Assembly: GCA_043785945.1 (NCBI GenBank)
Contig: JAYVWQ010000078.1
Location: 1 to 33,690, forward strand
Reading direction: 5' to 3'
Source of the DNA: Akkermansia sp.
GTDB lineage: Bacteria; Verrucomicrobiota; Verrucomicrobiia; Limisphaerales; SIBH01
Length of the DNA: 33,690 bases
Shown: positions 23,700 to 31,374 of the stretch, piece by piece
Numbering within the stretch: position 1 is the first letter of the stretch
How the letters are laid out: every line of letters starts with the position of its first letter
Translations under genes and position numbers: made by a program
The notes under the pieces: model-generated
Databases searched by the model: none
Told to the model about the DNA's origin: nothing
Seen by the model: only the letters and a program-made list of their open reading frames with translations

Positions 23700-26677
23700 A
23701 CCTTCTCGAAACCAAACGGCTGGTGCGGAAGATCGGGGAACTGCTCCACGAGCAGGGTGACGCGGCGATGGCCCCGAAGCTGGCGCAAGATTTTGTTGCC
23801 GCGTGTCGCGCCGTGATCGTGCGCTTGAACCAGTGCGAGGCGATGATTTCCTCCAACGAGGGGATGCAGGCGCTGCAACTCGCTGAGACGTCGCCGAATT
23901 TGATGGACCTCCTGGCTTCGCTGGAATTTCGCGAAGCAGCGGCTTGGCGAAAGTATTGCCGTGAGCACGAACTTCCGGTTGCGGAGACATTCGACGAACG
24001 CGCCGTCCACAAGCTGAACGAGTGCTACGCGCGCGGCATCAACACGGACCATCCCCTGTATCGTGATTACCGTCGCGCGATGGTGCTCAAGGATGACGAG
24101 GCTGCATTGACCGTTTTGCGCACCATCGGACGGATCAATACCGCCGATGACAATGCGCGTTCGGAACTGGCGCGGCTCGACCGCAAGGTTTTGAACGAGC
24201 GACTTGCCGCGCTGGGGCAATTGCTCGACAGCGGTTCTCCTGTAGAGATTGCGCGTGAGGTTAGCGACATCGAATCAAGCGCGTTTCAAAACAGTCCGGC
24301 GGGCGAGATTTGGCGCAGCGCGCAAGCGATTCGCTGCGACGTGTTGCTCGACGCCATTGCGGTGGACCGGCAGAGCAACGATTGGCGCAGCGCGCTTGAC
24401 CGTTTGGATTTCATAGCGGGATTGCAACGCGATTGGGATTTTTCTCTCGATGCGGCGGCGCAATCACGCTTCTCGGAACTGTGGGCCTGGGCGGAGAACG
24501 AACGATACAAGGATGAGCAGGATCGGCTTTTCAAGTCGCTGCTGGTGCAACTGCGCCACCTCGTCGATCTGAGCGAGGAAAAAGAAATCGCCGCGCGGGA
24601 AATCGAATTGCCGGAGTTGAAGGCCGATTTGGAAGAATTGCAGAAGAAGTGGCGAGCCATCGAACAGTTCGCGCGTCCGGTGCCGGACGATCTGACGGCG
24701 CGCTATCGCAAACGCGTGGCACTGGTGCAGGCGGAGGTTTCGCGGCGGGTACGGCTGCGGGTCCGCAACATCGCCATCGGTGTGGCAGCCGCATTGCTGT
24801 TGATCGCGGGCACAACTTGGACGTTTCAACAGCATCTCAAGGGCAAGGACTTCGTTCACCAACTTCAAGCGGCACGCGAGCAACGGCTGGCACGAACGGC
24901 GGAAAAACTCGTGGCGCACACGCGCGACACGGATCGTGGACTCTCGGGCAAGAGCGGCGTGCCGGCTGCGCTCGCGGAAACAGAAACTTTTCTCAAACGC
25001 GAACTCGGCCTGCTGGAAAGTTTCCAAGGAGCAACGCGCGAACTGCCATCCGACCTCGCGGGCTTGACCGGGGCGGAGCAATTGAAGGCCACTCATCAGC
25101 GGCTGGCGAATGTCACGAATCTGCTGGCGCAACTCGCGCCCGACTTGCGGGCGGAAAGCGAGCCGAAGCTGAACGCCTGGCGCGCCGCCTGGACGCGGCA
25201 TTTGTTCGAGCGCAGCACGGAATTGAACAAAAGCTTTGAGAGCGCATTGCGGCAAGCCGAGCAAAACGCGGCGCGGATGAATTTCTCCCTGTCCACCGCT
25301 GCCGCACGCGCGGACGTGGCGTCGGTGGGAGCGGAGTTGTCAAAACTCGCGGACGAGGAACAGGCGTTCACCGGAGCGTTGCGCTGGCGCAGTGAGTTGC
25401 TGCAACGGTCCAAGGAACTGCGCGACAAGCACAGCGCGTTTGCGGGTGAGTTGGGAAAGTTTGACGCCGCGTGGTCCGGGGTCGCGCGGGCGCGCAACAC
25501 CACCGACTTCAACGCATCCGTGGCCGCGCTGTCGCGCTCTGAATTTACCACCGCGCCAGAAGTGCGAGCCGCCGGTTCGGTGCGTGACCTGGAGTTTTCG
25601 GACGAGTCGCTGTTGCGCTCGTTGCTCTGCGGCAATGATGTCGGCCTCTGGAACCACATCAGCGGCTCCGCCCCGATGGATTTTATGCCGAAGGCCGTGA
25701 TGCCCGCCGAGAAAATGAAACTGCTCGAACTGAAAAACGAAGACGCGATCAACCCGGAGCATTACTGCTACTCACTGCGCCTCACCGTGGAGCCGCCGTC
25801 CTCGGTGACGTGGATCACGGAAGGCAAACTCAACAACACCGAACAGATTTGGAGAAAAATACGGGCTTTTGTACCCACCGCTGCCACAACTTCATGCGAA
25901 TTTCGTATGGCTGAATACGGGTGGTTCGATGGTCGCTACGTTTTACCTTCAAAGCAGCAACTTCAAGACGTTCGGCTGATCGGGCCATGCACGGAGGCAA
26001 AATCCTTCTACGCACTCCGGCTGCCGGAACTGATGGCGCTGCACAACGACACCTACCAATTTCCACTGCTCAAGAAGCTGGATGAACTCAAGACGGGGCG
26101 CGAGGACTCGCCTCTTTTCCGGGCCTACCTTTTCCTACGGCTGTGCGAATTGATGGACTTGCAGCCGGAAGGTTGGGGCGTGCCATTCGCTCCTTCATTG
26201 GCGGCGGATCGCGAGCGGCTGGTGAGCGCGGGCGGGTCAGAAGTGCGCAGCGGCGACTGGTACGTGCCAACACGCGGGCAGAGGCTGGCTACGCCGTTGC
26301 AGAAAGTTTTCGAGCAAGCCGCCAGCATCTCGTACTGGGAACAGGCGCAAACGTCGGCCAAAGTTTTTCGGGCCACACTCGCCGCCGGTGTCCGCTACGT
26401 GGGGTACGTGGACGCGGACGGCAAATTGCGGGCGGGCGAAACGACCACGGGCGAAATTTGGGGCTGGGAATCTGGCACGCGCAAACCAGCCGTCCTCGCG
26501 GTTAGCACACCTTCCGGTTGGAAATCCATTTCGGCACCGCTTCCCTGCTCGCCGCTGTTCGCATTCGCGGAAGACCGCGCCGCGCTGCTGGTCAAGGCTG
26601 GCGTGAAGCCTGGCGACACGATGATGAATTCCGCGCTGCCCGTCGTGTTCCGCACGGTCGCTCCTAAAACTAAATGA
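23696..26677 (+). CDS. Large (993 aa) predominantly alpha-helical / coiled-coil protein with one TM helix
   Basis: ATGA overlap with the upstream gene (23696..23699). Start at MNLLETKRLVRKIGELL. TM helix IAIGVAAALLLIAGTTWTF (about 24769..24825). Composition is helical and heptad-like throughout. I recognise no catalytic motif. Confidence 0.8.
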   Translation: MNLLETKRLVRKIGELLHEQGDAAMAPKLAQDFVAACRAVIVRLNQCEAMISSNEGMQALQLAETSPNLMDLLASLEFREAAAWRKYCREHELPVAETFDERAVHKLNECYARGINTDHPLYRDYRRAMVLKDDEAALTVLRTIGRINTADDNARSELARLDRKVLNERLAALGQLLDSGSPVEIAREVSDIESSAFQNSPAGEIWRSAQAIRCDVLLDAIAVDRQSNDWRSALDRLDFIAGLQRDWDFSLDAAAQSRFSELWAWAENERYKDEQDRLFKSLLVQLRHLVDLSEEKEIAAREIELPELKADLEELQKKWRAIEQFARPVPDDLTARYRKRVALVQAEVSRRVRLRVRNIAIGVAAALLLIAGTTWTFQQHLKGKDFVHQLQAAREQRLARTAEKLVAHTRDTDRGLSGKSGVPAALAETETFLKRELGLLESFQGATRELPSDLAGLTGAEQLKATHQRLANVTNLLAQLAPDLRAESEPKLNAWRAAWTRHLFERSTELNKSFESALRQAEQNAARMNFSLSTAAARADVASVGAELSKLADEEQAFTGALRWRSELLQRSKELRDKHSAFAGELGKFDAAWSGVARARNTTDFNASVAALSRSEFTTAPEVRAAGSVRDLEFSDESLLRSLLCGNDVGLWNHISGSAPMDFMPKAVMPAEKMKLLELKNEDAINPEHYCYSLRLTVEPPSSVTWITEGKLNNTEQIWRKIRAFVPTAATTSCEFRMAEYGWFDGRYVLPSKQQLQDVRLIGPCTEAKSFYALRLPELMALHNDTYQFPLLKKLDELKTGREDSPLFRAYLFLRLCELMDLQPEGWGVPFAPSLAADRERLVSAGGSEVRSGDWYVPTRGQRLATPLQKVFEQAASISYWEQAQTSAKVFRATLAAGVRYVGYVDADGKLRAGETTTGEIWGWESGTRKPAVLAVSTPSGWKSISAPLPCSPLFAFAEDRAALLVKAGVKPGDTMMNSALPVVFRTVAPKTK

Positions 26678-27474
26678 ATCCAAACCCGCCACCGCCCTTT
26701 TCATCGGAGCCGAGTTACGACGGCCCGCTGCGATTGAGTTGGCGTGGTCGCGAGGAGGGGCCGTTCCTGTGGGCGGAGATTGAGCGTCGGCTGACTGCGA
26801 ATGAGATCGGCCTGTTCCATGAAGTGCAAGTGGACGGCGCATGGATGACGCTGCGCGCCTTCCTTGAATTGCGTGAAGCCGCACAACTAGAGGCAAAGGC
26901 GCGACGGGAAGAAGCCGAGCGTGTTGCCAATGTCCACGCGGCGCGTGCCGCCGAGGACCGCGCCGCGCGGCATCAGTCCGAAGTGCTCGCGGAGGAAAAG
27001 CGCAAGAACGATTTGATGGCGGCGGCGCTTGGCCTGCCACAAGGGAAGAAAAGTCCGATGTCACTCCCACGCTTGCTGCGGAACATCGCGCTTGTCCTGG
27101 TGCTGGTGTGTGGCGTATTTGCCGCGTATCAGGCGTATCGCATTCCCGAACTCACCGCGCTCTCGGCCCGCGCCCGCGAAGTCGCCGCGAAATTCAACTA
27201 CGTCGATTCGCCGACGGCGAGCCGCCTGGGCATCAATCTTTTCGCGTCGCTCTTTGGTGATGCGCGTGATGTGCGCGACGCCATTGCGGAAGTTTCGCAG
27301 ACCATCGGCGACAAAGAGAAGCTTCAGCAACGCTATCAATGGATGGCGACGCAATTGAGCGCGGAGTTGGAGACGGCGGGCATCGCGCGCAACTGGGCGC
27401 TGCTCCTGGGTTGCTGCTTCGCCATCGCTGCGATTTGTTTTCACTTCGGAGCACGCAACGACCAAACCGTATGA
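26674..27474 (+). CDS. GYF_2 (DUF4339)-like domain protein with coiled coil and two TM helices
   Basis: ATGA overlap at 26674..26677. The GYF-like region is LRLSWRGREEGPFLWAEIERRLTANEIGLFHEVQVDGAWMTLRAFLE. A charged coil follows. TM helices are LLRNIALVLVLVCGVFAAYQAY and NWALLLGCCFAIAAICFHFG. Confidence 0.8.
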   Translation: MNPNPPPPFSSEPSYDGPLRLSWRGREEGPFLWAEIERRLTANEIGLFHEVQVDGAWMTLRAFLELREAAQLEAKARREEAERVANVHAARAAEDRAARHQSEVLAEEKRKNDLMAAALGLPQGKKSPMSLPRLLRNIALVLVLVCGVFAAYQAYRIPELTALSARAREVAAKFNYVDSPTASRLGINLFASLFGDARDVRDAIAEVSQTIGDKEKLQQRYQWMATQLSAELETAGIARNWALLLGCCFAIAAICFHFGARNDQTV

Positions 27475-28358
27475 ACACTGCCGCCACCTCAGCACCTTTG
27501 CCCGCCGCCGCCCCTGAACTTGCGTTGGCGTGGACACAACAAGATTACGAGAACCGCATCGGTTTTCGCGGCGGGCGCTACATGAGCGTGAATCATCTGC
27601 TCGCGTTTCTTGCGGCGCTGCTCGGCACGGTGGCGGCGTTCGCGCTCGCGGTCTTTGTCCTCAAACCGATTTCTTTCACCGCGCCCGTCGGCGAAATGTT
27701 CCTTCGGCCTGGCAACCAGTTCACCGTTATTCCGGCGACTGTATTTTTCTTCTGGGGTGCGGCCGTGCTTTTCATCAAACACCACAAATTGAAGCTTCAG
27801 GAACGGTCGCTCGCGCTGTCGCCGGTGCCGGCGGAACCGGAGTTTGTGCTGACTGAGGCCACGGCGAATTCGGTGCTCTCACGGCTGCACGCAATTGTGG
27901 ATCACCCGCGCCATTTTGTTTTGCTCAACCGCATCGACCGCGCGTTGTCGAACTTGCGGAACATAGGACAGGTGAACGACGTGTCCTCCATCTTGCGCGC
28001 CCAGGCGGAGAACGATGAGGATCACGTCGCGTCGAGTTACACGCTGGTCAACGGGCTGGTCTGGGCCATCCCCGTGCTGGGCTTCATCGGCACCGTGCAG
28101 GGCTTGAGCATGGCCATCGGGAAGTTCGGCCAGACGCTCCAAACGTCGGGCGACATCTCGGCCATCCGCCAGTCGTTGCAAGGCGTGACCGGCGGACTGG
28201 CGACGGCCTTCGAGACAACGCTCGTGGCGCTGGTCTTCGCGCTGATCCTGCAACTCTGGATCACCTTTCAACAACGGCGTGAGATGGCGTTCCTCGATGA
28301 GTGCAATGACTACTGCCATTCGCATGTCGTGGCGAAACTTCGTCTGACCAATCGCTGA
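27471..28358 (+). CDS. MotA/TolQ/ExbB-family proton (ion) channel protein
   Basis: ATGA overlap at 27471..27474. Multiple TM helices are present. The family signature near the C-terminus is LVWAIPVLGFIGTVQGLSMAI ... VTGGLATAFETTLVALVFALILQLW. Confidence 0.88.
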   Translation: MNTAATSAPLPAAAPELALAWTQQDYENRIGFRGGRYMSVNHLLAFLAALLGTVAAFALAVFVLKPISFTAPVGEMFLRPGNQFTVIPATVFFFWGAAVLFIKHHKLKLQERSLALSPVPAEPEFVLTEATANSVLSRLHAIVDHPRHFVLLNRIDRALSNLRNIGQVNDVSSILRAQAENDEDHVASSYTLVNGLVWAIPVLGFIGTVQGLSMAIGKFGQTLQTSGDISAIRQSLQGVTGGLATAFETTLVALVFALILQLWITFQQRREMAFLDECNDYCHSHVVAKLRLTNR

Positions 28359-28361
28359 CTC

Positions 28362-29444
28362 ATGGCGAGCCGTCTGCGCAGAAATAACTGGGCGCGAATC
28401 AGTTTCTTCGCGTTCCAGGACATTATCACTGCGGTCAGCGGCATCCTGATTCTGATCACGCTCATCCTCGCGACTGATTTGGATCGCACCACGAGCGCAC
28501 GTTCCACCGAGCTTCAACCCGAATTGGAAATGCGGCTGGCCCAATTGCTGGAAGAACAAACGGCACTGGAACTGTTGAACCAGCAATTGCGGCAGTCGCT
28601 CACCGGAGCGCGCAACGCACCGGGACTCGAACAACTCACGAATGAAATTCGTGACCTGAAACAGCGTCTCGACGCGATGCAGGGCAAATTTACGAATTTG
28701 CTGGCCGTTGCCACCGCGCAACGGGCCGCTCAAGCGGAACGCGACGCCCGTCTGGGATTGGCGGCTTTCAGCGCCGACATCGACGCGCTGAACAAGGAAA
28801 ACACAAAACTGGCCGCACTGGTCGCCGATGCACGGCGCAAAATGGACCGCGCAGAATCCGAAGTGAAGCGCGCCGAGAACATCGTGCTCAAAAGCCGTGC
28901 GCGATCTGGAATGTGGGTGCTTCCTGATGACCGCAGCACAACAAAAGAACCGTTGCTCGTGACGATCAGTGGCAGCGAAGTAATTGCGGAGCGTTTCGAC
29001 CAACCGGACAAACAACTGAGATGGGCGAGCGGCGGGGCGTCTGCGGACTTTCGCCGTTTCCTCGCGGTCGTGAACAAGGACAATCAGTACATCGTGTTCT
29101 TCGTGCGCCCGTCCGGCATCCGGCTTTTTGAGCAGTTGTCTGACCTCGCCCGCGCGCAGCAAATCGACATCGGGTTCGACGCCGTTGAAGAAAAGCAAGA
29201 AGTGCATTTCTCCAAGCCGCCGCCGATTGAGGCAGACCCCGATACCACAACACCCGTTCGTCCGCCGGTTGGTCCCGGAACGATGTCGGTCGGAGATTCT
29301 TCACCTGCAACACCCATCAAATCTGCGACGGCTGAACCGGCGACTGTGCCGGCGAGCAAGCCGCCGGCTGTTGCTGCGCCCGCCGTCCCCTCTGCCCCTG
29401 CTTCATGGTGGCGGCGTCTTCTAAAATCCTTGGGACTCGCATGA
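28362..29444 (+). CDS. ExbD/TolR/MotB-like single-pass stator partner 1 (TM Asp, coiled coil, globular C-terminal domain, Pro-rich tail)
   Basis: Starts 3 nt after the MotA-like stop. The N-terminus RISFFAFQDIITAVSGILILITLILA has an Asp codon at 28419..28421. A long coiled coil follows. The C-terminal domain is ..YIVFFVRPSGIRLFEQLSDLARAQQIDIGFD.. followed by a P/A-rich tail. Confidence 0.75.
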   Translation: MASRLRRNNWARISFFAFQDIITAVSGILILITLILATDLDRTTSARSTELQPELEMRLAQLLEEQTALELLNQQLRQSLTGARNAPGLEQLTNEIRDLKQRLDAMQGKFTNLLAVATAQRAAQAERDARLGLAAFSADIDALNKENTKLAALVADARRKMDRAESEVKRAENIVLKSRARSGMWVLPDDRSTTKEPLLVTISGSEVIAERFDQPDKQLRWASGGASADFRRFLAVVNKDNQYIVFFVRPSGIRLFEQLSDLARAQQIDIGFDAVEEKQEVHFSKPPPIEADPDTTTPVRPPVGPGTMSVGDSSPATPIKSATAEPATVPASKPPAVAAPAVPSAPASWWRRLLKSLGLA

Positions 29445-30358
29445 GCTTTCGCCGCCAATCACGGGGCGACAGCCTCGACCTGCTGCTCGACACGATGTGC
29501 AACACGTTCGGTGGCATCATCATGCTCGCGGTGCTGGTGACGTTGCTTTCCAAGCAGGAGCGCAGTGGACGCGCTACCGTCGATTCCGAGGAAATGATGC
29601 GTCGGAGAATCAGCGAGGGTGAACTGACTTTGAAGGAAAGCCGCGCGGCGAACGCCAACCTCGTCACCGATGCGGGCGACTCTGACACCAAGAAGCGTTT
29701 GGAAGCCGTAGCGGAAAAAAAGGCGCTGCGATCCATGCTCGAAGCCTCGGCGCGCGACGCCGAGGCTGCAAATGCAAGCCAGCCGCTCGCCGCTCGGGAT
29801 GCCGCCGCGCGTATGGCGCAGTTGCGCGAGGAAATGACGAAAGCCATTGCCACGCGCACTGATTTGAGCAACCAGTTGTCCACGGCGGAGATCAACACGC
29901 GCCGACTCACCGCGCGGGCCAGTGATTTGGCAAAGCAGGCCGCCGCATTGCAGAGCGCGTCCGTGCAAAAGCTGCGTTTGCCGAAAGAACATTTCACCGG
30001 CAAGTCGGTCGTGAACGTGATTATCCAATACGGCAAGGTCTATCCGGTGCATACCACGTCCAGAGCAAGAAACACGGCACACGTTGAATTCACCAAGAAT
30101 GGAAATGGCGTGACTGTTCGGCCCCTGCCGGAAGCTGGCCTCGATGTACGGAGCAATGATTGGAAGAACTGGCTGAACCGGCTCGCGGCCAACCGGGAAT
30201 ACATTGGGTTTTATGTGTTCGAGGACTCATTCGGCGCTTTCAACGCAGCCAAGAAGGCCACAGTGGACGCAGGATTTGATTATGGATGGGAACCGGAACA
30301 ATTGGCCTCCGGTCCCCTGTCATTCGGCGCAGTGGGTTCCCAGCCAAAAGCTCAGTAA
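29441..30358 (+). CDS. ExbD/TolR/MotB-like single-pass stator partner 2 (paralog of the preceding gene)
   Basis: ATGA overlap at 29441..29444. The N-terminus SLDLLLDTMCNTFGGIIMLAVLVTLL has an Asp codon at 29489..29491. A coiled coil follows. The C-terminal domain ..EYIGFYVFEDSFGAFNAAKKATVDAGFDYGWE.. has the same pattern as the upstream paralog. Confidence 0.75.
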   Translation: MSFRRQSRGDSLDLLLDTMCNTFGGIIMLAVLVTLLSKQERSGRATVDSEEMMRRRISEGELTLKESRAANANLVTDAGDSDTKKRLEAVAEKKALRSMLEASARDAEAANASQPLAARDAAARMAQLREEMTKAIATRTDLSNQLSTAEINTRRLTARASDLAKQAAALQSASVQKLRLPKEHFTGKSVVNVIIQYGKVYPVHTTSRARNTAHVEFTKNGNGVTVRPLPEAGLDVRSNDWKNWLNRLAANREYIGFYVFEDSFGAFNAAKKATVDAGFDYGWEPEQLASGPLSFGAVGSQPKAQ

Positions 30359-30606
30359 ATCTTTATAGGCTTCCGCGAGCGTTCAAGCTGAACTGTGACA
30401 CTTCCCGGAGGATTTACCGGCGAAAGGGACGACATCAATTCCGCAGTCAAACCGACTGAAACACCGTGCCGCAGCCTCTAAACGTCTGGACGAAACGGGC
30501 GGGACGGCGGCGGACGGAAATCGAAATGGAAAACGGAGCGCGATGCGGCAGGAGGGGGGGGAGGCGGTTTCGGTGGCGGGGTGAGTTCACTCGATGGATT
30601 CGCGTG

Positions 30607-30643
30607 CGGAAAATTTTTAGCAAAAGGACTTTTTTTCCGGCAC
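30607..30643 (+). promoter_or_regulatory. Second copy of the CGGAAAATTTTTA-(G)CAAAAGG-N-CCGGCAC motif, immediately upstream of a hypothetical gene
   Basis: CGGAAAATTTTTAGCAAAAGGACTTTTTTTCCGGCAC compares with 13118..13156 CGGAAAATTTTTACGCAAAAGGGAATCGTTCTCCGGCAC. It is preceded by a G8 tract and CGATGGATTCG, as at 12973..13023. Confidence 0.3.
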
Positions 30644-30653
30644 CCTGTCGGCA

Positions 30654-31238
30654 GTGGAAATGCCCCGGCAACTGCAAACGCTCGATGACCTGCTCGCGCA
30701 GGCCGAACATTACGCGAATCATTCCATGCGCAACTTGGGCCGCGTGCCGCCGACACTGTTCCTGATTGGCGCGGATGGCCCGGTCCTGTTCGTCCCGGAG
30801 AATCTGGCCGATGACAGCGCAAAGGATGACTTCGCCACGACCGCGCGCCTCATGTGCATCGCCCACGCGGCGACGGCGAGCGTGATGACGCTGGAAGCCT
30901 GGGCCAAGTTCGCCAAGCCGGGAGAGAAATTCGACATGAACGAAGCGCCGTCCGAGGCGTTCGACCGGCGCGAGCTGGTGGTGCTCATGGGCGAATCGCG
31001 CGACGGACAGAAACAAAAATTCCTGCCCATCATCCGCAGCGACAACGGAACATTCTTCGGCTTTGGTGAATCCGATGTTCCCGGCATGGATCAGATGTCC
31101 GGTCGTTTTGCCCAAATTCTCCCGCCGAAAGTGCCGGACGATGGGGCGCGCTTGCTCGCCCAGTCCATGTTGAAGGTCAAAGGCGTGACCATTGACCAAG
31201 CCGCCAACGCTCCCCGCCTGCCCCGTGGCCGGCGCTGA
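30654..31238 (+). CDS. Hypothetical protein (about 192 aa), no family recognised
   Basis: Protein-like composition, with the opposite-strand ORF being an obvious shadow. The track start at 30654 is GTG. An ATG lies at 30660, and M25 at 30726 is another possible start. Confidence 0.6.
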   Translation: MEMPRQLQTLDDLLAQAEHYANHSMRNLGRVPPTLFLIGADGPVLFVPENLADDSAKDDFATTARLMCIAHAATASVMTLEAWAKFAKPGEKFDMNEAPSEAFDRRELVVLMGESRDGQKQKFLPIIRSDNGTFFGFGESDVPGMDQMSGRFAQILPPKVPDDGARLLAQSMLKVKGVTIDQAANAPRLPRGRR

Positions 31239-31374
31239 CCGCACGCGAACTTGAAACATCCGGGCGCGCGGTTCACAGCATCGTGGGGCAGCGGCGACCG
31301 ACGAACAAATTGCTTACGGTGCGGAACGAATTCAGTAGGCTCGGGGCGTCAGATAAAACACAGTTCAAAGATTC

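Noticed and set aside
30638-30654. Sigma-54-like promoter cGGCAC-N7-GGCAg with correct GG/GC spacing; also TGGCAC-N7-TGC on the minus strand near 12103..12118
   Set aside because: At 30638 the predicted transcription start would fall downstream of the ATG at 30660, and the -12 region lacks the TTGC context. At 12103..12118 the spacing is one base too long. The paralogous motif at 13150 has TTGA instead of a GC dinucleotide. I treat CCGGCAC as part of a repeated element rather than as an RpoN promoter.
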